From contig DFND01000053.1 of NCBI GenBank assembly GCA_002375895.1, positions 1,373 to 65,372 of the forward strand: 64,000 nucleotides of DNA. The letters run 5' to 3'. Positions within the stretch are counted from its first letter, which is position 1, and each line of letters begins with the position of its first letter. Under the pieces are notes generated by a model. That model was not told the DNA's origin. It saw only the letters and a list, made by a program, of their open reading frames with translations, and ran no database searches. Positions 8,816 to 16,983 of the stretch are shown here, one piece after another. Position numbers and translations under genes: made by a program. The DNA is from Firmicutes bacterium UBA3576. GTDB lineage: Bacteria; Bacillota; Sulfobacillia; UBA3569.

Positions 8816-9841
8816 ATGGACGGAGTTCGGAAGGCCCTGCGAAAGCACCGCACGAGGCTTCTCGCACTGGATAACGTTGTCGGAGTAGGTATCGGCAGGA
8901 AGGAGAGGGAGGGTAGGTCTACCGGGCAGCTCGCAGTTACCGTGCTCGTGACCAAGAAACTGCCTCCTGAGCAGCTGCCCCGAGATCATATCATTCCCAA
9001 GACGCTCGAGGGGGTCCTTACCGACGTTGTGGAGGTCGGCCATATCAGGCTGGTGGGCGACGATCCTGTGCGACGGTCTCGCAATCGGCCCGCCTTTCCC
9101 GGCGTGAGCATCGGCCATTACGGCATCACGGCGGGGACCTTCGGCGCTGTGGTATATGATCTCAAGACAGGCCGCAAGCTAATCTTATCCAACAACCACG
9201 TCCTCGCCAACCTCACCAACGGCCGGGACGGCCGCGCCAACGTGGGCGACGCCATTCTGCAACCCGGCCCCTATGACGGCGGCTCAGAGCGAGACAGGAT
9301 CGCCACCCTGCTGCGATTCGTGCCCTTGGAGAGGAGCCCGACTGCTGCCACCTGCGCCCTCGCGCGCGCGGCAGAGCGGGCCGCCAACTGGCTCCTAGCG
9401 AGAACCGCTCCGGCTTACCGAGCGCGGCTTTACCGCGAGGCGGCTCACGAGAACCTGGTGGATGCGGCCGTCGCCTTGCCGGATTCGCCGGAGCTCGTCA
9501 GTGAAGTGATATACGAGCTTGGCCCGGTCACGGGCAAGGCCAGGCCCGAGATCGGCATGCGGCTCTCCAAGAGCGGGCGGACCACGGGGGTGACCACCGG
9601 CGAGATCAAGGTGGTGGAGGCCACCGTACGGGTCTTCCTCGGAGACGTGGGGGAGGCCACCTTCAGCGAGCAGATAGTGACCACGCCCATGGCTCAACCG
9701 GGCGATAGCGGCTCGTTAATGGTAACTCAGGAGGAGAACCTGGCGGTCGGCCTCCTCTCCGCTGGCAGCGAGCGTGTGTCCATAGGTGGCACTTTTGAGA
9801 ACGTGGAACGCCTCCTCGGCGTCAGCATCCTCCCGGTCTAG
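8816..9841 (+). CDS. chymotrypsin-fold (S1-like) serine protease, no signal peptide
   Basis: Catalytic-triad-like spacing: LSNNHVLAN (His), LVDAAVAL (Asp), AQPGDSGSLMV (GDSGS Ser). There is no N-terminal hydrophobic segment. ATG 8816 lies 5 nt after GGAGGGG. Confidence 0.7.
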   Translation: MDGVRKALRKHRTRLLALDNVVGVGIGRKEREGRSTGQLAVTVLVTKKLPPEQLPRDHIIPKTLEGVLTDVVEVGHIRLVGDDPVRRSRNRPAFPGVSIGHYGITAGTFGAVVYDLKTGRKLILSNNHVLANLTNGRDGRANVGDAILQPGPYDGGSERDRIATLLRFVPLERSPTAATCALARAAERAANWLLARTAPAYRARLYREAAHENLVDAAVALPDSPELVSEVIYELGPVTGKARPEIGMRLSKSGRTTGVTTGEIKVVEATVRVFLGDVGEATFSEQIVTTPMAQPGDSGSLMVTQEENLAVGLLSAGSERVSIGGTFENVERLLGVSILPV

Positions 9842-10205
9842 CCCTGTCTCTAGCCGCGAGGGCCCCTGAGCGCGGGAGCGCTGCCTCCGGCGTTAGCTTC
9901 GCCGAGACAGCGCCCCTAATCGAGCATGATTCCTCGAAGTTACCTTGTTGCGGACAAGCCGTACAGGGACGCGATGATTCGATCCTACTTTGAGCGGATA
10001 CCCTATATATCAAGGAGGACATGAGGGGTCGGGCTTTGATGTCGTTGAACGGTAGTTCGTCTCATAGTTATACAGCAACCCCTTGGGTATTTCCGGCAAG
10101 GTCCATTTGACGGGCCCAGCGCCCCCTTCAAGAGAGGATTCGCCTCGCCTGACGTCGAAGCATAGGCCAAGACTTCGCGGAGTAGGGGGAGCTACACTGG
10201 AGCTG

Positions 10206-11096
10206 GTGATTCCCGCCAGGGCGAAGGTCAACCTAACCCTGGAGGTGCTGGGGCGGCGGCCCGACGGATATCACGAGATCTCGACTGTTTTCCAGAGCCT
10301 TTCGCTGCAAGATAAGATCTGGCTGAGGCTTCTGCCCGAGCGGGAGATCCGCTTGCAGTGCGACCATCCGGCTCTGCCGACCGACGGGCGAAACCTCGCC
10401 TATCGAGCAGCCGAGCTTATGATGGCTGAGGGTTACGTCGGCGACAGGGGCGTGGAGGTAGTCATAGAGAAGAGAATACCCGTCGCCGCCGGCCTCGCCG
10501 GAGGAAGCTCGGATGCGGCCGCCGTACTAGTGGGCCTCAATGCCCTGCTGGGCTTGGGCCTCCCCGCAGCTCGTCTGAGGGAGCTGGGGGCCCTACTGGG
10601 CTCAGATGTTCCCTTTTGCATCACCGGAGGTACCGCCCTGGGCACCGGACGGGGTGAGAGGCTGCGCTTTTTGCCAGACCTTTCCGCGGAGACTTTCGAC
10701 GTGGTCTTGGCCACGCCGCCCTTTGAGGTGAGCACTCGGGACGTGTATTCTCGCTGGCGGCCGAGGTGCAGCGCGGGGGCCTGCGGGATGATGGTCAGCG
10801 CCATAGAGAGGCGGCGGTGGGCGGCGCTGCCTAGCCTTCTCCACAACGACCTACAGGAGATCGTGCGGGAGAGGCATCCGGTTATCGGGCACCTCATTGA
10901 GGCGGCCCTCGAGGGCGGGGCGCAAGGGGCGTTGATGTCTGGGAGCGGCCCCACCGTCTTCGCCCTTGTGCCGGCGGGAGACAGGCGTCGGACCAAAGAG
11001 GTGACGCGGCAGATGGGACGTTACGCCGACCTCCTTTGGGTTTGTCGCCCCGAGGGGTTTGTTGATCCGGGTACGTTCATGCAAGGGAGGGACTGA
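10206..11096 (+). CDS. ispE: 4-diphosphocytidyl-2-C-methyl-D-erythritol kinase
   Basis: PARAKVNLTLEVLGRRPDGYHEI and the GHMP-kinase motif PVAAGLAGGSSDAAAVL. The true start is near 10197-10206 (CTG/GTG). The track start at 10083 adds about 40 non-conserved residues. Confidence 0.85.
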   Translation: MIPARAKVNLTLEVLGRRPDGYHEISTVFQSLSLQDKIWLRLLPEREIRLQCDHPALPTDGRNLAYRAAELMMAEGYVGDRGVEVVIEKRIPVAAGLAGGSSDAAAVLVGLNALLGLGLPAARLRELGALLGSDVPFCITGGTALGTGRGERLRFLPDLSAETFDVVLATPPFEVSTRDVYSRWRPRCSAGACGMMVSAIERRRWAALPSLLHNDLQEIVRERHPVIGHLIEAALEGGAQGALMSGSGPTVFALVPAGDRRRTKEVTRQMGRYADLLWVCRPEGFVDPGTFMQGRD

Positions 11097-11097
11097 C

Positions 11098-11859
11098 ATG
11101 ACCAACGCGCTCGTTCTCGCTGCGGCTCCTAACAACGGGAGGTTGGCCGCAGTGAGTCCGGCACCTAATGAGGCCCTGATAGAGATAGGTGGCAAGCCGA
11201 TTATACGATATATCGTGGACGCGCTGCTGGACGCGGAGAGGATAAACAGGATCGTCCTGCTCGGCCCTGCGGAGGACTTGTCCGTCCTTTTCCTTGACGA
11301 CGAGGGCGTCGAGGTCCTTGACAGCCGTGGCTCGGTGACCCACAATCTCCTCAAGGGGTGCGAATTCCTCGGCTTGGACGAGCGCGTGTTGGTGGTCACC
11401 TCCGACATCCCGCTGCTCACGGGGGAGATGGTGGATGATTTCATCTCTAGATGTGGACCCGAGGGAGACTTCTTCTACCCCATAGTCAGAAAGGAAGTGT
11501 GCGAGGCCTCCTATCCCAACGTCAAGAGAACGTATGCCACCGTGCGCGAGGGGACTTTCACCGGAGGCAACATATTCCTCATCAACCCGAGCGTCCTGCC
11601 GAAGATGGCGAAGACCATGGATGAGATCTTCAAGTACCGCAAGAACCCCCTTAAACTGTGCTCTATTCTCGGCTGGGGGTTCGTGCTTAGGTTCCTGCTG
11701 CGTAGAGTAGCCATTTCGGAATTGGAGGCCCGGGTGAGCGACTTGTTTGGCGTTAAGGCGCTGGCCGTCGAGACGCCTTACGTGGAGATCGGCCTCGACG
11801 TCGATAAACCGGAGGATTATAAATTAGTTGTCGGGCTTCTCGGGGGCGAGACCGCGTAG
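11098..11859 (+). CDS. MobA-like NTP-transferase-fold protein (nucleotidyltransferase family)
   Basis: N-terminus ALVLAAAPNNGRL...EALIEIGGKPIIRYIVDAL plus VVTSDIPLL is typical of the GT-A/NTP_transf_3 fold. ATG 11098 lies 1 nt after the ispE stop, with RBS GGGAGGGA. Confidence 0.6.
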   Translation: MTNALVLAAAPNNGRLAAVSPAPNEALIEIGGKPIIRYIVDALLDAERINRIVLLGPAEDLSVLFLDDEGVEVLDSRGSVTHNLLKGCEFLGLDERVLVVTSDIPLLTGEMVDDFISRCGPEGDFFYPIVRKEVCEASYPNVKRTYATVREGTFTGGNIFLINPSVLPKMAKTMDEIFKYRKNPLKLCSILGWGFVLRFLLRRVAISELEARVSDLFGVKALAVETPYVEIGLDVDKPEDYKLVVGLLGGETA

Positions 11860-11901
11860 CGGCAGCCCCTTTTCCGCTTTTTCTGGGAGGGGACAGAGCC
11901 T

Positions 11902-12714
11902 TTGGACAGGCTGCCGAAGACAGACCGGTTGATCCTAATCCTCAAGGACCTTCTTGACAACCCTGGGAGGTTGTTTCCGCTCAGCTTCTTCTCCAACCGG
12001 ACGGGGGCCGCCAAATCTTCCATCTCCGAGGATGTAGCCCTCATCCGTAAGGCGCTTGAGGCCAATGGCCTCGGTCAGATCCGGACGGTACCGGGCGCCG
12101 CAGGAGGCGTCCTCTACCTCCCCGGGGTCCGGGAAGAGGAGCGAGCATCCCTGTGCCGCGAGTTAGTGACGGCGCTGTCTGACCCCAGACGAATACTGCC
12201 GGGCGGTTTCCTGTATACGTCGGACATTATCTTCTCCCCCACTTGGTCCAATAGGATCGGTAGGGTGTTCGCCAGTTGGTTCGCTGAAGAGGCCCCTGAT
12301 TACGTCATCACTGTGGAGACCAAGGGGATACCCCTCGCCCTTATGACTGCGCGAGCACTGGGGGCCGGGTTGGTTATTATCCGACGGGACAGCAGAGTGA
12401 CCGAAGGGCCGGTGGTGACCATAAACTACCTCTCCGGCTCCTCGGGCAAGATCCAGACCATGTCCCTACCCAGACGAGCGCTGCGCAGCGGCGCCAAGGT
12501 GCTCATCGTAGACGACTTCATGAGGGCCGGCGGAACCGCGGCGGGAATGCTGGAGATAGTGAGGGAGTTTGACGCCCGCGCCTGTGGTATAGCGGTGCTC
12601 ATCCAAACGGCAGAGCCCTCGGAGAAGATGGTACCAAAGCCTACATCACTCCTAACCCTAAAGCGTATTGATGTCCAGAAGGGACAGGTGGACATCGAGC
12701 CGACGCAGGTTTAG
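11902..12714 (+). CDS. purR: pur operon repressor
   Basis: PurR N-terminal wHTH (RLILILKDLLDNPGRLFPLSFFSNRTGAAKSSISEDV) plus a PRT domain (VLIVDDFMRAGGTA). TTG start after GGGAGGGGA. Confidence 0.9.
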   Translation: MDRLPKTDRLILILKDLLDNPGRLFPLSFFSNRTGAAKSSISEDVALIRKALEANGLGQIRTVPGAAGGVLYLPGVREEERASLCRELVTALSDPRRILPGGFLYTSDIIFSPTWSNRIGRVFASWFAEEAPDYVITVETKGIPLALMTARALGAGLVIIRRDSRVTEGPVVTINYLSGSSGKIQTMSLPRRALRSGAKVLIVDDFMRAGGTAAGMLEIVREFDARACGIAVLIQTAEPSEKMVPKPTSLLTLKRIDVQKGQVDIEPTQV

Positions 12715-12725
12715 CGCTACCAAAA

Positions 12726-12758
12726 ACAGGAATTAACCCCTGCTTGTCGAAGAATATA
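12726..12758 (+). promoter_or_regulatory. candidate sigma-H-type spoVG promoter overlapping a perfect Spo0A-box heptamer
   Basis: ACAGGAATT (12726-12734) resembles the sigma-H -35 (RnAGGAwWW). GAAGAATAT (12749-12757) resembles the -10 (RnnGAATww). The spacer is 14 nt, against 11-12 in the consensus. TGTCGAA sits at 12745-12751. Confidence 0.3.
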
Positions 12759-12788
12759 CTTGCCGCGGTAGGGAAAGGGGTGAAGCCG

Positions 12789-13049
12789 TTGCCGATCACC
12801 GACGTGCGCATCCGGCGCATCATGGACGACGGGAAGATGAAGGCGGTAGCTACCCTGACCTTCGATGATGAGTTCGTGGTTCATGACATAAGAATCGTGG
12901 AAGGACAGAACGGCCTATTCGTGAGCATGCCCTCCCGTCGCACGGCCGAGGGGGGCTACCGCGACATCGCCCATCCGATTACCGCCGAAGCCCGGCAAAT
13001 GATCCACGACATCGTGTTGCGGGCCTACCATGATGCGATAGGTGAATAA
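12789..13049 (+). CDS. spoVG: septation/sporulation regulator SpoVG
   Basis: PITDVRIRRIMDDGKMKAVATLTFDDEFVVHDIRIVEGQNGLFVSMPSRRT aligns with B. subtilis SpoVG from its first residues. TTG 12789 follows AAAGGGGTG. Confidence 0.9.
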   Translation: MPITDVRIRRIMDDGKMKAVATLTFDDEFVVHDIRIVEGQNGLFVSMPSRRTAEGGYRDIAHPITAEARQMIHDIVLRAYHDAIGE

Positions 13050-13147
13050 GGTCTCCCGTCCTGCCGCCCCCCACGGGCGGCCTTGTTCTGCCCCCTTTGC
13101 CACGGGGGCGCCTCGCTAACCCCCTTGGAGGAGATCCCCAGGGGGCG

Positions 13148-13176
13148 TTGAATTAATCTCAAGGTCCAGAGATAAT
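13148..13176 (+). promoter_or_regulatory. candidate glmU-prs promoter (-35 TTGAAT, 17 nt, -10 GATAAT)
   Basis: TTGAAT 13148-13153 and GATAAT 13171-13176, located 37 nt upstream of the glmU ATG. Confidence 0.4.
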
Positions 13177-13212
13177 CTTAGAATGCTCCGATTTTCACGT
13201 GGAGGTTTGATA

Positions 13213-14613
13213 ATGGCAGATACAGCCACGGCCCTGGTCCTGGCTGCGGGCCAGGGCACCCGAATGAAATCCAGACTGGCCAAGGTCCTTCACCCCATCG
13301 CCGGTAAGCCGATGCTGGCCTATGTGACCTCTGCTGCCCGGGCAGCCGGAGCGGAGGACATCGTGGTGGTAGTGGGCTATCAGGGCGAACGGGTAATGGA
13401 GGCCATGGGTGAAGGACTTCGCTTCGTGTGGCAGAGAGAGCAGAAGGGCACCGGCCACGCGGTCTTGCAGGCTGAGGGCTTGGTGGGGAAGGGCGAGGGG
13501 CCACTCCTCGTCCTCTACGGAGATACCCCTCTGATCACCTCGGATTGTCTCGCGGAGTTACTAACGAAGCACCGCCAAACCGCCGCCACCGTAACGATTC
13601 TGACCACTGAACTTCCGCGTCCACGGGGATATGGACGCGTCATTAGAGATGGCGCGGGGCGCGTTACGGGCATCGTCGAGGAAGCCGACGCCACACCGGA
13701 GCAGCTGGCCGTCAAGGAGGTTAACACGGGGATCTACTGTTTCGAGCGCGAGGCCCTCTTCGACGCCCTGCGGGAGGTCAGGCGAGATAATGCGCAGGGC
13801 GAGTATTATCTCACCGACGTTATAGGGCTGATCATGGAGCGCGGTGGGAAGGTGGAGGCCCTGCAATGGGAGGACAGCGAGTCGGTCCTCGGGGTGAACG
13901 ACCGCATTGACCTGGCGCGGGCCGCTGCCCTCTTGCGGGGGCGGATTTTGGAGAAGCTCATGCTCAGCGGCGTAACCGTCGTCGACCCTACGAGCACCTA
14001 TGTGGACGCTGAGGTTCGAATAGGTCGTGACTCGGTCATTTACCCCATGACGGTCCTTGAGGGGCGGACGGTGATCGGGGAGGGCACTGTTATCGGGCCT
14101 GGCGCCAGGATAAAGGACACGGTGATCGGTTCAGGCGTCAGGATCGTGGATTCGACGGTAGAGGAAAGCCGGATCGGGGACGGCGCGACCGTTGGCCCCT
14201 ACTCTCACCTCCGGCGAGGGACGGTCGTTGGCGAGGGCGCGAAGATCGGTAACTACGCCGAGATCAAGGGAAGTGTCATCGGGGCCCGGTCCAAGGTCTC
14301 CCATCACAGCTACATCGGCGACGCGAGGCTCGGCGAGGGGGTTAACATAGGGGCTGGGGTTGTGACCGTGAACTACGACGGCTTTGATAAATACCAAACG
14401 GATGTCGAGGACGGGGCCTTCATAGGCTGTAACGTCAATCTCGTGGCGCCGGTCAAGGTGGAGCGCGAGGCCTATGTTGCCGCGGGCTCGACGATCACCA
14501 AGGACGTACCTGAGGGGAGCTTGGCCGTGGCCCGGGAAAGGCAGTCTAACATATCGGGTTGGGTAAGGCGATTCAAACGGAGAAAGAGCCGGAACGACAA
14601 CAGAGATTCCTAG
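13213..14613 (+). CDS. glmU: bifunctional UDP-N-acetylglucosamine pyrophosphorylase / glucosamine-1-P N-acetyltransferase
   Basis: [11 protein letters not shown] nucleotidyltransferase motif plus C-terminal left-handed beta-helix hexapeptide repeats. ATG 13213 lies 7 nt after GGAGG. Confidence 0.95.
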   Translation: MADTATALVLAAGQGTRMKSRLAKVLHPIAGKPMLAYVTSAARAAGAEDIVVVVGYQGERVMEAMGEGLRFVWQREQKGTGHAVLQAEGLVGKGEGPLLVLYGDTPLITSDCLAELLTKHRQTAATVTILTTELPRPRGYGRVIRDGAGRVTGIVEEADATPEQLAVKEVNTGIYCFEREALFDALREVRRDNAQGEYYLTDVIGLIMERGGKVEALQWEDSESVLGVNDRIDLARAAALLRGRILEKLMLSGVTVVDPTSTYVDAEVRIGRDSVIYPMTVLEGRTVIGEGTVIGPGARIKDTVIGSGVRIVDSTVEESRIGDGATVGPYSHLRRGTVVGEGAKIGNYAEIKGSVIGARSKVSHHSYIGDARLGEGVNIGAGVVTVNYDGFDKYQTDVEDGAFIGCNVNLVAPVKVEREAYVAAGSTITKDVPEGSLAVARERQSNISGWVRRFKRRKSRNDNRDS

Positions 14614-14626
14614 GGGGGGGGTTCCC

Positions 14627-15568
14627 GTGGGCTTTAACGACCGTCTCAAGGTCTTCGCCGGCAACGCCAACCCCGAGCTGGCGCAGGAAATAGCTGACCA
14701 TCTGGGGATGGCCCTGGGCGAGGTGGAAGTGGACAGGTTCTCCAACGGGGAGATACGGGTTCTCATCAACGAGAGCGTTCGGGGCACGGATGTGTTCATC
14801 ATCCAGCCGACGTGCACGCCCGTCAACGATAGCCTCATGGAGCTTCTGATCATGATCGACGCCTTTAAGAGGGCGTCGGCCGGGCGAGTTACAGCGGTAA
14901 TACCCTTTTACGGGTACGCGCGGCAGGACAGAAAGACCAGGGGCAGAGAGCCCATTACGGCGAAGCTGGTGGCGAACCTCATTACCACAGCCGGTGCCGA
15001 CCGCGTCCTCACCGTTGACCTCCACGCGGGCCAGATCCAGGGGTTCTTCGACATTCCCGTGGACCACCTCTCGAGCGTCCCGCTCTTGGCCGAGTACCTG
15101 CGGGGTCGAGGCCTGGGTGACAACTTGATAGTCGTCTCCCCGGACCCCGGCGGGGTGCCCAGGGCCAGGGACCTCGCCAGGCACCTGAAGGCGCCTATCG
15201 GCATCATAGACAAGAGGCGGCCTGCACCGAACGTCTCTGAGGTGCTCAACGTTATCGGGGAGGTCGAGGGTCGGACGGCAATCCTCGTGGATGACATCAT
15301 AGACACCGCCGGATCCATCACCCAAGGGGCCCAAGCTCTTAAGGACCTGGGAGCGTGTAACATATACGCCTGTGCCACTCATCCCGTCCTCTCAGGTCCG
15401 GCGTGGGAGAGGTTAAACAATTCGCCTATCGAGGAGCTTATCGTCACCAACACCATACCAGTTAACGGGAAGCGGGAAAAACTGACGGTGTTGTCCATGG
15501 CCCACCTCTTGGGCGAGGCCATCCTGCGTATACACCAAGATCTCTCCGTGAGCAAGCTCTTCGACTAA
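14627..15568 (+). CDS. prs: ribose-phosphate pyrophosphokinase
   Basis: [18 protein letters not shown] and the PRPP-binding loop [15 protein letters not shown] start after GGGGGGGG. Confidence 0.95.
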   Translation: MGFNDRLKVFAGNANPELAQEIADHLGMALGEVEVDRFSNGEIRVLINESVRGTDVFIIQPTCTPVNDSLMELLIMIDAFKRASAGRVTAVIPFYGYARQDRKTRGREPITAKLVANLITTAGADRVLTVDLHAGQIQGFFDIPVDHLSSVPLLAEYLRGRGLGDNLIVVSPDPGGVPRARDLARHLKAPIGIIDKRRPAPNVSEVLNVIGEVEGRTAILVDDIIDTAGSITQGAQALKDLGACNIYACATHPVLSGPAWERLNNSPIEELIVTNTIPVNGKREKLTVLSMAHLLGEAILRIHQDLSVSKLFD

Positions 15569-15576
15569 GCCGACTT

Positions 15577-15605
15577 TTGACCGAAAGCGCAGAATTAGGT
15601 ATTAT
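15577..15605 (+). promoter_or_regulatory. candidate promoter for rplY/ctc-pth (-35 TTGACC, 17 nt, -10 TATTAT)
   Basis: TTGACC 15577-15582 and TATTAT 15600-15605, in the 86-nt prs-ctc gap. Confidence 0.45.
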
Positions 15606-15654
15606 AGTGTCTTGGATACCACCACCGGGGTTTCGGATAAAGGAGTGAAGGTTC

Positions 15655-16299
15655 ATGCAGCAGATTGAGCTGACCGCACGTAAGAGAGAGGCCGGCAAGA
15701 ACGCCGCGAAGCGGCTTCGCAGGAAGGGCTTGCTCCCCGCAGTCCTTTACGGAAAGGATATAGAATCCCTGCCTATTGCGCTGGACGCCCGGGAGTTCAC
15801 TAGGGCTTATGAGTCCACCGGGAGAAACGTCCTCATCACCCTCACCATCGAGGAGGATGGTGAGGCGAGCAAGCATACGGTTATGGTTAAAGAGGTGCAG
15901 CGCCACCCCCTGCGCCGAGAGATAATTCACGCCGACTTCCATCGGATATCCCTCGAGGACAAGATCACCACGGTTGTGCCCCTTGCCCTTGCGGGAGAGG
16001 AACAGGTGGAGAAGGCCGGCGGTATTCTGCAGCACCAGCTGTGGGAGATCGAGGTCAAGGTGTTGCCCACTGAGATACCCGAGGCCATAACCGCCGACGT
16101 GTCCGAGCTCAGGGTAGGCGACAACCTCACCGTTGGAGGCTTGACAGTCCCGGAGGGCGTAGAGGTCCTTACGCCGCCTGAAGAGGTGATCGTGTCAGTG
16201 GTGGCGCCGAGGGTCGTGGAGGAGGCCCCCGAGGCCGGCGAGGAGGCCGCGGAGGAGGGTGCGCCCGAAGCCGAGGAGGCTCCGGAGGAGGAGGAGTAG
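15655..16299 (+). CDS. rplY: 50S ribosomal protein L25 / general stress protein Ctc
   Basis: RKGLLPAVLYGK, two-domain Ctc-type length, and an acidic Glu/Ala-rich C-terminal tail. Confidence 0.9.
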   Translation: MQQIELTARKREAGKNAAKRLRRKGLLPAVLYGKDIESLPIALDAREFTRAYESTGRNVLITLTIEEDGEASKHTVMVKEVQRHPLRREIIHADFHRISLEDKITTVVPLALAGEEQVEKAGGILQHQLWEIEVKVLPTEIPEAITADVSELRVGDNLTVGGLTVPEGVEVLTPPEEVIVSVVAPRVVEEAPEAGEEAAEEGAPEAEEAPEEEE

Positions 16300-16327
16300 G
16301 TCCCACTACCCCTAGGGGGATCGCGGT

Positions 16328-16891
16328 GTGAAGCTCATCGTAGGGTTGGGCAACCCTGGCCCCGAATACACGGGGACCCGCCACAATATCGGGTTCGCCG
16401 TGGTGGAGGAGTTCGCCCTCCGCCACCGGCTTTCCTTTGACGACGCTCCCTTTGCCTGGGTTGCTGAAGGGACCGTCTTAGGGCAAGAGGTAGTTCTCCT
16501 CAAGCCCAATACCTTCATGAACAGGAGCGGCAGGGCCGTCAGCTGGGCGCTCGGGCATTATCCAGCCGAGCCCGCCGACCTCCTGATAATCTACGACGAT
16601 ATGGACCTTGAGCTCGGGAGGATCAGGATCCGGCCCCGCGGCGGAAGCGGAGGGCACAAAGGCCTCGCCTCCGTCCTGCAGGCTATCGGCCACGAGGACG
16701 TCCCGAGGCTTCGTCTGGGGATCGGGCGCCCGCAACCGGGTATGGAGGGGCGTGATTACGTCCTCAGCCCCTTCGCGGCGGGTGAGGAGGATAGGGTGAA
16801 GGATGTACTCCACCGCGCCGTCGAGGCCTTAGAGACCTATCTCCAGCGCGGCATTGATGCCGCTATGAACGAATACAACAGCACGGCGTAA
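16328..16891 (+). CDS. pth: peptidyl-tRNA hydrolase
   Basis: KLIVGLGNPGPEYTGTRHNIGF and the conserved DDMDL and GGHKG motifs. Confidence 0.95.
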   Translation: MKLIVGLGNPGPEYTGTRHNIGFAVVEEFALRHRLSFDDAPFAWVAEGTVLGQEVVLLKPNTFMNRSGRAVSWALGHYPAEPADLLIIYDDMDLELGRIRIRPRGGSGGHKGLASVLQAIGHEDVPRLRLGIGRPQPGMEGRDYVLSPFAAGEEDRVKDVLHRAVEALETYLQRGIDAAMNEYNSTA

Positions 16892-16983
16892 TGCCGCCTT
16901 ATCCCCTCACATATATCTATATATAAGCAGGGCTTTGGCCCCTCTCGCCGCCGAAGCCCTTTTGATGTGTTAACGAGAGGACG

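Noticed and set aside
10021-10110. Small ORF (MRGRALMSLNGSSSHSYTATPWVFPARSI) just after a strong AAGGAGGA motif in the protease-ispE gap
   Set aside because: The SD-to-ATG spacing is only about 2 nt. The peptide has no recognisable features (it is not SASP-like), and I cannot test conservation. It is kept only as part of the non-coding-gap finding.
10083-10205. Track-predicted N-terminal extension of ispE (MGISGKVHLTGPAPPSREDSPRL...)
   Set aside because: IspE homologues begin at the ..PAKINLxL.. segment. The extension is Pro/Arg/Ser-rich, non-conserved-looking sequence, so the start was moved to about 10197-10206.
13063-13145. Three consecutive GC-rich hairpins between spoVG and glmU (GCCGCCC/GGGCGGC, GCCCCC/GGGGGC, CCCCCT/AGGGGG)
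   Set aside because: They are most simply a terminator cluster or stabiliser after spoVG, ahead of the glmU promoter. They match no recognisable riboswitch, and I noticed no repeat of the same sequence elsewhere in the window (so not a REP-type family as far as I can see).
14131-15382. Two overlapping minus-strand ORFs (240 and 269 aa) antisense to glmU and prs; similar cases at 34001-34879 (ftsH), 36472-37079 (M24 peptidase), 51347-51994 (RND) and 62073-62675 (greA)
   Set aside because: All are antisense to genes with unambiguous family motifs, and none has a convincing RBS or recognisable domain.
16895-16975. AT-rich near-palindrome CACATATATCTATATATAAGC and a following long-loop hairpin between pth and mfd
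   Set aside because: It probably represents a weak terminator (GGGCTT...AAGCCC TTTT) plus promoter-like AT-rich DNA for mfd. I saw no second copy and no coding potential, so it is not distinctive enough to report.
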